Shown: in pieces, positions 39,331-47,497 of the stretch
Layout of the letters: the number at the start of each line of letters is the position of its first letter
Numbering within the stretch: the stretch's first letter is position 1
Assembly: GCA_965223425.1 (NCBI GenBank)
Contig: OZ245003.1
Span: 32,001 to 96,000 of the forward strand
Length of the DNA stretch: 64,000 nt
From: Nitrosopumilus sp.
GTDB lineage: Archaea; Thermoproteota; Nitrososphaeria; Nitrososphaerales; Nitrosopumilaceae
Direction of reading: 5' to 3'
Notes under the pieces: generated by a model
What the model saw: only the letters and a program-made list of their open reading frames with translations
Told to the model about the DNA's origin: nothing
The model's database searches: none
Position numbers and translations under genes: made by a program

Positions 39331-40038
39331 TCAAGTAAAAAACATCTTTTCCAAATTAGGTTCTTTTCCATCTATCTTATCTTTTAAGACTTTCCATGCT
39401 TCTTTTATTGTTAAAATTTTGAAATTGTTTTCTTGTTTCAACATTGCTATATGTTCATTAACTAGCTCATCATTATTCTCGTGTATGGTCATTGGAACTA
39501 TGACTATTTTTGGAATTCTATAGTTATTCTTTTTTATCAATTCTACTATATCTGTTAACACATTTATTCCATGTTCGATATCATTAAATGAATTAACTAC
39601 TTTTACAATAATTGGTTTTTTATTAATTATCATTAATAATGGAATTTTTTTATAACGATATCCGCCTTTAACTTTTACTTCAAAACCACATAAATTATTT
39701 TGTGAGTTACCTGTAAATACCAATCCCAACCATGTTGTTAGAAATTTTTTATCACTCATTATGTATTTAGCAAATTTGATAAAAGAATCGGATTCTTCTT
39801 GAAAATTAATAAATTTTTTACACGAATATGCACATAATAAACAATCAACACATCTTTCTTGATTTACCCTGTGCTTATCTAATTCTAATGCATCTGTAGG
39901 ACAAGTGAGGATGTCTTCACATCGCATATTTCTTTTATTTAAGAAATTGATGTATGTTCCATCCACAAGAATATTATGTTTAGAATAATCTATCATATTA
40001 TGTATCTTTGAGGCTTTTTCTTTATCGATGTATATCAT
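39331..40038 (-). CDS. [4Fe-4S] ferredoxin-like domain fused to a degenerate PD-(D/E)xK fold
   Basis: TCPTDAL...VNQERCVDCLLCAYSC; C-terminal half aligns by eye with ORF 37082 but lacks the catalytic D/E/K. Confidence 0.65.
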   Translation of the reverse strand: MIYIDKEKASKIHNMIDYSKHNILVDGTYINFLNKRNMRCEDILTCPTDALELDKHRVNQERCVDCLLCAYSCKKFINFQEESDSFIKFAKYIMSDKKFLTTWLGLVFTGNSQNNLCGFEVKVKGGYRYKKIPLLMIINKKPIIVKVVNSFNDIEHGINVLTDIVELIKKNNYRIPKIVIVPMTIHENNDELVNEHIAMLKQENNFKILTIKEAWKVLKDKIDGKEPNLEKMFFT

Positions 40039-40090
40039 TGGTGTTTTTGAAAGCAGTAGTGTAAAAATATCTTCCTAGCCCCACCTAACT

Positions 40091-40275
40091 TTACACCCGT
40101 ATGAAAATTGTGAAAGCCCTAGCCAACTTTCCAGTGTATCTTTTTTGGCTTTATCTTCCAAGTATTCTAAGGATAGTTGAATTGCTTCTTTCATGTTTTG
40201 TTTTAATTCTTCTAGCGATCCACCTTGACTAATAGCCCTGATATTTCCAAACATTGACCACTATAACCAGTAGTT
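40091..40275 (-). pseudogene. HicB-like antitoxin remnant
   Basis: YSGQCLEISG/AISQGGSLEELKQNMKEAIQLSLEYLE with a frameshift; N-terminus lost at the IS110 remnant. Confidence 0.6.
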
Positions 40276-40284
40276 CCGATTGTG

Positions 40285-40637
40285 CTCCCGTCTACCTGCC
40301 AGAATTCTGGCATCTGCCTTATCAGTCTTCTTTTTGGATTCTGCTATCATCTTGGTGGTGTACGGGTTTGGCAGTGACGCGTCCATCCTCATCTCGTCTC
40401 TTATCTGAAAGAATGGTATCTTCCAGACCGATGAGGATTCCATCACAAGTTTGAGTCATTATGTAAATAGCTGACGTTGTCCCTGATGTCTTTGGTGGTG
40501 TTAGATATCTTTTTGTTGAGCAGTTCCTCGCCGTTTTTATCCATGACAGACATCTGGATGGTCTTCTTGTGGACATCCAGGCCGGCATGTCAGCTGTCTT
40601 TGTAGCCTTGGATCTAGGGCTGTGTGTTTGTTTGCAT
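40285..40637 (-). pseudogene. IS110-family transposase remnant (N-terminal RuvC/DEDD domain)
   Basis: GLDVHKKTIQMSVMD, VMESSSVWK, NPYTTKMI, KKKTDKADARILA; internal stops, frameshift and truncation. Confidence 0.8.
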
Positions 40638-40771
40638 TTCTAATCCTTTTAACAGTTGGATCTTTTTGAATTTGAACTATTCTTATCATCATCTAATTTC
40701 CTTGATCGGAGCGCATAAGATTACGATTTTTCTGTTATTATGTTTAAATAATTAAGAATGTTTTTTTTGCT

Positions 40772-40863
40772 GGGCTTGTGGCGCAGAGTCATTTGACGCG
40801 AAATATGGATAGCGTGGTAACCTCCTAAGTTACAGGTCGAGGGATCGAAGCCCTCCAAGCCCG
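40772..40863 (+). tRNA. tRNA-Arg(CCT) with a ~17-nt non-canonical D-loop intron
   Basis: GGGCTTG/CAAGCCC acceptor; GTAAC-CTCCTAA-GTTAC anticodon arm; insert agtcatttgacgcgaaa at ~40787-40803. Confidence 0.88.
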
Positions 40864-40903
40864 TTAAATTTTAAAAGTTATGGAAATTTAAATATAAAGA
40901 CAA

Positions 40904-41446
40904 ATGGTTGGAGATATGAAAGTTGTAGTTATTTCCGGAAGTCCAAGAAAGAATGCCCTCACACAAGTTGTAATGAAGTATGTCTATGAATATACCAAAT
41001 CAAAAAATCAAGATACAAAGTTGATCAACCTGTCAGATGGTCAAATTGAATGTTACAGAGGACCTGATGAGGAATACAATGAAGCTACAAAGAATGCAAC
41101 AAATGACATAATGGATGCTGATGTTTGGCTAATAGGATCACCAATCTATAATTCATTTTTTAGTTCTGCATTAAAAAATTTGTTCGAGTATGTCAATTAT
41201 AAAAAAACTGAAGGGAAAGTAGCAGGAATGGCGATTTTAGCCGCAGGAAATATTGGATTTATAGATGTCCAGACATTAATCACGCAGTTGCTGTCATACT
41301 TTAGAGTGGTGACAAATCCCAAGGCTGTATTTTTAACCACAGAATCCGTTTCTGACAATTCTATTGCCGATGCAGATGCTCAAAGCAGACTAGAAGAGAT
41401 GGTGGATGAAACTTTGAAAATCGCTTCTAAATTACAGCAAGACTAG
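40904..41446 (+). CDS. NADPH-dependent FMN reductase
   Basis: ISGSPRKN, GSPIYN, ALKNLFE, GKVAG. Confidence 0.9.
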   Translation: MVGDMKVVVISGSPRKNALTQVVMKYVYEYTKSKNQDTKLINLSDGQIECYRGPDEEYNEATKNATNDIMDADVWLIGSPIYNSFFSSALKNLFEYVNYKKTEGKVAGMAILAAGNIGFIDVQTLITQLLSYFRVVTNPKAVFLTTESVSDNSIADADAQSRLEEMVDETLKIASKLQQD

Positions 41447-41748
41447 AATGCAGATATCAAGCAGGATTTTAACAGCATAGAAATTTTAAAAATATTGTCA
41501 GCTTGTTTCCCAAGGTGTTCTTCAAGAATCATCATGTTCGCAACAACTATCAAGAGTTTGAATAAAATAAATTATTTTAATGGTTTTAAGAACATGGTTT
41601 TAAATTAAAATATAATATCACCGAATTACCATGTAATTCCCAGAAAAATAATGTTTCAGGTGGTACATATTCATACTTGGAATAAAGTCTGTTCAAATTT
41701 ATCATGTGCAAGCTGAAAAAGACAAATAGTAACATAATGTAAAAAATT

Positions 41749-41874
41749 ATGCTATTGAGCTTAAAGGAAGACCCAACTGAATTGTGTTCGTGTAAATGCC
41801 ATTTTGGTGGTGCTGTAAGTTGTCCTAGCTGTAAGGACAGTCATGGCATAGCATGTTCTCATTGTGAAGATTAG
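41749..41874 (+). CDS. Putative 41-aa Cys/His-rich metal-binding microprotein
   Basis: MLLSLKEDPTELCSCKCHFGGAVSCPSCKDSHGIACSHCED (7 Cys, 3 His); below the ORF-track cutoff. Confidence 0.5.
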   Translation: MLLSLKEDPTELCSCKCHFGGAVSCPSCKDSHGIACSHCED

Positions 41875-41876
41875 AG

Positions 41877-42356
41877 TTATTTACTCCTAGTTTTTCGTTC
41901 AGAAGCTAACATTTTCAGATTAGCTAGTTCGGTTTTTAACGATTCAATCTGGACAAGAGTTTGTAAATTAGAAATTTCTTGATTCAGCCGTTCAATTTCA
42001 CTATCTTTTAGTTTTACAGATTCTTTTATGTCGCTTAGTTCAGAAGACAGTTCATTTTGAATTTGTTTTATTTCTGAAATAGTATTTTGTTTACTTGTTG
42101 TGGTTACAATAGTTTGTGTATTACTCAAGCTTTTTTTTTCGTTATTGGCATGCTCTGGTGCGTGTGTGTGCATATAATCAGTACTTTTCTGAGCTAACCA
42201 ACACATCAACGTAAGAAACCATGTAATGGAGACCGCCATCAGGAATACAAAATTCAATATCGGTGCAAAATCAACAAAGTATGGCCAAAGTCCTGTTAGA
42301 ACAGCGGCAAAGATGCCGGTTGTTATTGTTGCTAAGTGATTTCTTAAATACCCCAC
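41877..42356 (-). CDS. Hypothetical membrane protein with C-terminal coiled coil
   Basis: Two TM helices followed by heptad repeats. Confidence 0.75.
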   Translation of the reverse strand: MGYLRNHLATITTGIFAAVLTGLWPYFVDFAPILNFVFLMAVSITWFLTLMCWLAQKSTDYMHTHAPEHANNEKKSLSNTQTIVTTTSKQNTISEIKQIQNELSSELSDIKESVKLKDSEIERLNQEISNLQTLVQIESLKTELANLKMLASERKTRSK

Positions 42357-42439
42357 AAATTATTTGAAAAAATCATTGTTTATAACAGTAATGCTAAAAA
42401 TCAAAAAATAATATAATTAAAAAGAAAAAAAGGCTGAAT

Positions 42440-42670
42440 TTATTCGTCTTTCTCAGAGGCAGTGGCTGCTTTAGGCATGTCAGATTGTAGAATTTGGATC
42501 TTTTGTATTAATTCAGTTCTCAAATCTCCTGCAACTCTCCTTACAGTTGGTCTTGGAACGCCAAGCTTGTCAACTACTTTGGTATAGATATCCTGTTTGT
42601 CTGTAACCCCTTTGTCAAGATAAGAATTAATCGCTTCTTTAATTACCGTGCTTTGGTTTGTACGATTCAA
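42440..42670 (-). CDS. Small HTH-like hypothetical protein
   Basis: IYTKVVDKLGVPRPTVRRVA HTH pattern. Confidence 0.65.
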   Translation of the reverse strand: MNRTNQSTVIKEAINSYLDKGVTDKQDIYTKVVDKLGVPRPTVRRVAGDLRTELIQKIQILQSDMPKAATASEKDE

Positions 42671-42912
42671 TGAATTCTAAACTTTATTTGTTCTATATAA
42701 GACTATAACTTTTTGATCTCTAAAATGTCATATAAAAAAAATTCAGATTTTTTTAATTTATACAAGACTGATTTTTCAAAGTCTTCAATTGTAAATTTAT
42801 CAACGAAAAACGTATTGATAGTTATGGATTTTTCAAAATACTTAAAGTATCTATAAAAAATTTTTACCGGGATTTTCGCAAAAGACTCTTATGATAAGAT
42901 ATCAGATTAATT

Positions 42913-43392
42913 TTGATGGGTACGATAAACATTGAAACTAATTTTGGAAAGATTTCTTTTAACCTCATACCTGAATTGGCGCCAGAAACGGTCAGAAATT
43001 TTGAAAAATTAGCAAAAGACGGATTTTATGATGGTACTCTTTTCCACAGAGTTGTTCCTGGATTTATGATTCAGGGGGGCGATCCAAATACAAAAACTGA
43101 CAACAAAGGTTCGTGGGGAATGGGAGGGCCAGGATACAGTATCAAGGCTGAATTTAGCTCAAGGTCTCATCTGCGAGGCATGGTTTCTATGGCTAGATCG
43201 CAAGATCCGGACAGCGCAGGCTCACAATTTTTCATTGTAACCTCAGATAGTACGTTTCTGGACAGACAGTATACGGTGTTTGGTGAGGTGACAGAAGGCA
43301 TGGATATTGCAGACAAAATTGTAAATCTTGAAAGAGATGATAATGACTGTCCTTTAGAAAAAGCACAAATGATTCGTGTAGCTGTGGAATAA
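42913..43392 (+). CDS. Cyclophilin-type peptidyl-prolyl isomerase
   Basis: FHRVVPGFMIQGGDP, SMAR, SAGSQFFI, YTVFG. Confidence 0.95.
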   Translation: MMGTINIETNFGKISFNLIPELAPETVRNFEKLAKDGFYDGTLFHRVVPGFMIQGGDPNTKTDNKGSWGMGGPGYSIKAEFSSRSHLRGMVSMARSQDPDSAGSQFFIVTSDSTFLDRQYTVFGEVTEGMDIADKIVNLERDDNDCPLEKAQMIRVAVE

Positions 43393-44289
43393 ATGAATGC
43401 AAAAGATTTTGGATTTTTATCAATTCTGTTGGTCGTGTCTGTTGTTCCTGTGGCTGACGCACAGATCTCAATTGGTGAGAAAGCTGAACAAAAATCCATA
43501 GATGTCATTATTAATGCAGTTGGAGATGTACATGTCAAACATGTCATCAATTCATCAATTTTACCAAAACAGGTTGAATTGATTGAAGGTCAAGTTTCAA
43601 ATCTTTCAGTAACAAACGAACAAGGAGAAGACAAACAGTTTTCAGTCATTGGAGAGAATGAAGGGGTACTAATTTTGCCTTCAGAATTAGATTCTATTAT
43701 AGAATACGATCTTAATGGCGTACTTTCTCAAAAAGACAATGTATGGACATGGAGTTTCCGATATCTTGAATCAACCACTTTTATTTTTCCTGAACAGGTT
43801 GACTTGATTTTTTCTAATGAAAGCCCTGTTTATTTGGATAACAAGAAAGGAATTGCCTGTCACGGATGTCAGATGCTGTTAGAATATTCCATCGATGAGC
43901 CAAAAATATTTGAGAATGTGAAATGGGAAGATAATGAATTTGTAGTAGAAATTAGAAGTCATTCCAATATTGATAAATTCGTTTTTGATCAACCAACAAA
44001 GAGTATTACTTTTGAGATTTCTGATAAAAGCAAGTATGTCACCGCGATAATTCCATTGGAGTTGTTAGGGCAGCCATATACTGCATTTCTTGATGATAAA
44101 AAAATATTTTATCACGAATATATCAATAATGGAACTCATGTTTGGCTTAACATGAAACCTGATACAGCAGGGAAGATCACAGTTATAGGAACTACAGTCA
44201 TTCCCGAATTTCCAATGGTTGCTCCATTGGCAATAGGATTTTTAATGATTTTTGTCATGCCATTAATAAGAAAATTTAATCTCCGCTAG
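43393..44289 (+). CDS. Secreted protein with PEF(G)-CTERM-like sorting signal
   Basis: Signal peptide; C-terminal GTTVIPEFP followed by a TM segment and basic tail. Confidence 0.8.
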   Translation: MNAKDFGFLSILLVVSVVPVADAQISIGEKAEQKSIDVIINAVGDVHVKHVINSSILPKQVELIEGQVSNLSVTNEQGEDKQFSVIGENEGVLILPSELDSIIEYDLNGVLSQKDNVWTWSFRYLESTTFIFPEQVDLIFSNESPVYLDNKKGIACHGCQMLLEYSIDEPKIFENVKWEDNEFVVEIRSHSNIDKFVFDQPTKSITFEISDKSKYVTAIIPLELLGQPYTAFLDDKKIFYHEYINNGTHVWLNMKPDTAGKITVIGTTVIPEFPMVAPLAIGFLMIFVMPLIRKFNLR

Positions 44290-44431
44290 AACCACATGAA
44301 CAAAAACCATATTCATCAATCCTCACGTTGCAAATTGGGCATTTTTCACCATAATCCACTTCCCACGGTTCCTTTCCAAAAAGTTTGAAATGATCATCAA
44401 TTTCCAGTGGGACGTCTCTTTTCTTTTCCAA
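44276..44431 (-). CDS. Putative 51-aa zinc-finger microprotein
   Basis: MEKKRDVPLEIDDHFKLFGKEPWEVDYGEKCPICNVRIDEYGFCSCGSSGD. Confidence 0.6.
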   Translation of the reverse strand: MEKKRDVPLEIDDHFKLFGKEPWEVDYGEKCPICNVRIDEYGFCSCGSSGD

Positions 44432-44479
44432 TGATTTGTATGGGCATTACAACTATACATACATTATCGGAGAAAAATT

Positions 44480-44671
44480 ATGAAGATTGAATGCGGTTGT
44501 CATTGTATAAAATGTAAGAGTATAGATCTTGAATCAAATAGAATTGGAGATGTTGAGAGAGACGGATATTTCAGCATGCACCACACCTGTAATCAATGTA
44601 ATACGCATTTTGATCATTTGGATGGGGAGACATTTTCTAATTGTGAAAAATGTAATTATTTTTCTAGTTAG
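44480..44671 (+). CDS. Small Cys-rich zinc-binding protein
   Basis: CGCHCIKC...CNQC...CEKC. Confidence 0.7.
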   Translation: MKIECGCHCIKCKSIDLESNRIGDVERDGYFSMHHTCNQCNTHFDHLDGETFSNCEKCNYFSS

Positions 44672-45149
44672 CTGCTAATGGTTCTTCGACAAAATAGCGA
44701 GTTCTATTTTCATCGGAATTTTTCATAATTTCTTTGTTTGATGCCATTTTTGCCAAAGCCTTTGATACGTCTAATGGACCTGCGGCCCAACCATATTCTC
44801 TGAGTTGTTGAACAGTTTCGGTAACTGTTCTTGGTGAATCAAAGAATCTACTTGTTTCTAAAATTCTTAATTTTGATTTAATTTCATGGGAGGCAATGTA
44901 TTTTGGTTCATTAAATTCTGGTTCATATGCTTCAGCGTCGTCTAGGTATTCCAAGCCATGTTGGGCCAAGTCTTCAGAATTAGTTGATTTTGTAGGAGAT
45001 TCGGCCTCGTAGACAATTTTAGCATGGCTTTCTGGTAGATGGTGTGAGATATTTTCTATAATTTCACCAATTGTCTGATTATCAACATAGAAATCTCTAG
45101 AGTCAACTTCAATCTCATTTTCTCCAAGTTTGAGCTTAATTCTAGCCAA
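44664..45149 (-). CDS. Hypothetical protein with C-terminal wHTH
   Basis: FFDSPRTVTETVQQLREYGW...VSKALAKM. Confidence 0.7.
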   Translation of the reverse strand: MARIKLKLGENEIEVDSRDFYVDNQTIGEIIENISHHLPESHAKIVYEAESPTKSTNSEDLAQHGLEYLDDAEAYEPEFNEPKYIASHEIKSKLRILETSRFFDSPRTVTETVQQLREYGWAAGPLDVSKALAKMASNKEIMKNSDENRTRYFVEEPLAAN

Positions 45150-45274
45150 TGAGCAATAATCACCTGATTTTGATTTATTTTGTTAGCTCTAAGGAGGTTT
45201 AAGATTAGATCAAAACTTTTACACAACTTATTTGGATTTTTTTCCTTTTGAGTTAAAATATAGTTTTACAAGTA

Positions 45275-45727
45275 TTGACCATGAATTCATCCAAAAAAAG
45301 AGGCTTGATCGTACTCTTTGTGCTAGGCATGAGTATTTTTGGATATTCACAATATGCATCAGCATCACAAATTGGGGTGAGTGTCACTCAAAGTGAATTA
45401 TTGCACGAAAATGAAAGAGGTTCAGATTATAACATAGAATTACAATTTCAAAATCCTTCATTGCTGATACTAACTGCCGGTGAAACCAAATTCTTTGTCA
45501 TTAATAATGATAAAATGGTAGGAGAAGGCCAGTTAGAACCATTCACGTTGCGCCCGTTAGATAACAGCTACGTTAAGGGTACTTTCCATACAGATTCTAA
45601 CATGGATGAAGAATCTCAATCTGTAAAAATTACAGGAACAACAAAGTATGATGTATTCTTTACATCTTTGGATGTTCCATTTGTTTACTATCCAACTGAA
45701 GAACAGGCAAGAGAATTTATACATTAA
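45275..45727 (+). CDS. LEA-like secreted hypothetical protein
   Basis: N-terminal TM segment, LQFQNPS beta-sandwich pattern. Confidence 0.7.
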   Translation: MTMNSSKKRGLIVLFVLGMSIFGYSQYASASQIGVSVTQSELLHENERGSDYNIELQFQNPSLLILTAGETKFFVINNDKMVGEGQLEPFTLRPLDNSYVKGTFHTDSNMDEESQSVKITGTTKYDVFFTSLDVPFVYYPTEEQAREFIH

Positions 45728-45744
45728 AATTAGTTTCTTTTTAA

Positions 45745-46638
45745 ATGCTTACTGTTTTTGGCTCTGTCGCATTAGATACAATTAGAACCCCAAAAAAAAC
45801 ATTAAGGAATGTTCTCGGAGGAGCGGCAACTTTTGCAGCAATTTCCGCAAGTAATTTTGTAAATACTGGATTGCTAGCAGTTGTTGGAAAAGATTTTCCA
45901 AAACAACATCATAAAGTTTTATCCAGATACTTGGATTTGGAGGGATTGACCATCAAAGATGGTAAGACATTTCGCTATGATGGAAAATATGACAATACAC
46001 TTAGCACAAGATCTACTTTGAAGACTGAGCTAAATGTACTTGCGGATTTTAAAGCAACTGTTCCTGAAGCTTATAGAAAATCACAGTTTGTGTATCTTGC
46101 AAACAATGATCCTGAACAAAATATTTCAGTAATTAAAGAATTTGACAGGGTAAAGTTTTCTATGTGTGATACCATAGACTTTTGGATATCTACAAAACGG
46201 GAGACGGTAATTAAGATGATAAAATCTGTTGATGCAGTCGTAATAAATGATGAAGAGGCCAAACTTCTAACAAAAGAGTTCAACTTGATTAAATGTGCAA
46301 AAAAAATGATGCAGTGGGGGGCAAAATATGTGATTATCAAGAAGGGAGAGCACGGTTCCCTGATGTTTTATGACGATGTAATTTTTCCAACCGTAGGATT
46401 TTCGTTGGAAGATGTGGTAGATCCTACCGGCGCAGGTGATTCTTTTGCAGGAGCAATGATTGGATATCTGGCAGACAAAAAATCAACTAGCCAATCTGAG
46501 ATTAAGAAGGCAGTCGTTTATGGAAATGTTCTAGGATCCTTTGCAGTTGAAAGATATGGTTTGGGGGGATTACTGAAAACCAAAAAGAGCGATATTGCAA
46601 AAAGAGTCAAGATGTATGAAAAAATGATCAGGTTCTAA
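45745..46638 (+). CDS. PfkB-family carbohydrate/nucleoside kinase
   Basis: GSVALD, LGGAATF, INDEEA, KKGEHG, DPTGAGDSFAG. Confidence 0.93.
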   Translation: MLTVFGSVALDTIRTPKKTLRNVLGGAATFAAISASNFVNTGLLAVVGKDFPKQHHKVLSRYLDLEGLTIKDGKTFRYDGKYDNTLSTRSTLKTELNVLADFKATVPEAYRKSQFVYLANNDPEQNISVIKEFDRVKFSMCDTIDFWISTKRETVIKMIKSVDAVVINDEEAKLLTKEFNLIKCAKKMMQWGAKYVIIKKGEHGSLMFYDDVIFPTVGFSLEDVVDPTGAGDSFAGAMIGYLADKKSTSQSEIKKAVVYGNVLGSFAVERYGLGGLLKTKKSDIAKRVKMYEKMIRF

Positions 46639-46670
46639 AAAGATTTAAATCAATTATTTCTAAAATTAAT

Positions 46671-47024
46671 TTGTCATTGTCACAAGAAATTACTGAAGAC
46701 CGATTAGTCGCTATATTCAAACTTCAAAAAGGTCTATCAGAAATGATGAAGCTTGATAGATATCCTAAAGACTCTGAAGGCAGGGTTTCTGCCTTGTCTA
46801 CTGCAATTATGCATGAAGCAGTAGAACTTCAAAGAACTACAAATTGGAAATGGTGGAAGACGCCAACTGAGTTTAATGAGGCTGAAGCAAGAGAGGAATT
46901 AATTGATATATGGCATTTTGTCGTTCAGGCATCACTTGAGCTTAATCTTACGCCAGATGACATTGTAGATGAATACAAAAAGAAGAATGAGATTAATCGA
47001 GAAAGGCAGAGAAATGGATACTAG
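46671..47024 (+). CDS. All-alpha dimeric dUTPase (dUTPase_2 family)
   Basis: EAVEL, WKWWK, EELIDIWHF, YKKKNEINRERQ. Confidence 0.85.
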   Translation: MSLSQEITEDRLVAIFKLQKGLSEMMKLDRYPKDSEGRVSALSTAIMHEAVELQRTTNWKWWKTPTEFNEAEAREELIDIWHFVVQASLELNLTPDDIVDEYKKKNEINRERQRNGY

Positions 47025-47497
47025 TAGAATCGAATTTTTTTCACTATTGTTTCAAAATTAGATTCATTGATTAGATTTACAAGAGCAACTTTATTTTGAA
47101 AATATTGTATCTGGGGTTTAGAAACGGTAAGATATGGATCCGGACTGGTTGAATTAATTATTTTGTTGTTTTTATCAACTCCATTTTTGTGTAACTCAAA
47201 CAATGAATGGCCAGATTTGTGTCCCCAGACATCTTTTCCACAGACGATGAGGGTGTTTATTTTTTGATTTTTATTTACATGTTTAATAATTGAATCAATG
47301 CCTTTGTTCTCAGAAAGCAGCCTGCCCACTATTGAAATATGATTCAGGACTTTGGAATTTGCAAATTTTTTGAGTAAATCCATACTTGAAAGTGTACACA
47401 CTGCCATTGATGAATTAGGATTTCCAGAATATGATTCCTCAGGAATGGGCAAAACAGCCTTGCATAATTCCCCAACTGCCTCACCTATAGCATTCAC
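47021..47497 (-). CDS. MtrA-like (DUF4346) protein
   Basis: GNPNSSMAVCTLSS, SENKGID, LIVCGKDVWGHKSG, LHKNGVD. Confidence 0.8.
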   Translation of the reverse strand: MNAIGEAVGELCKAVLPIPEESYSGNPNSSMAVCTLSSMDLLKKFANSKVLNHISIVGRLLSENKGIDSIIKHVNKNQKINTLIVCGKDVWGHKSGHSLFELHKNGVDKNNKIINSTSPDPYLTVSKPQIQYFQNKVALVNLINESNFETIVKKIRFY

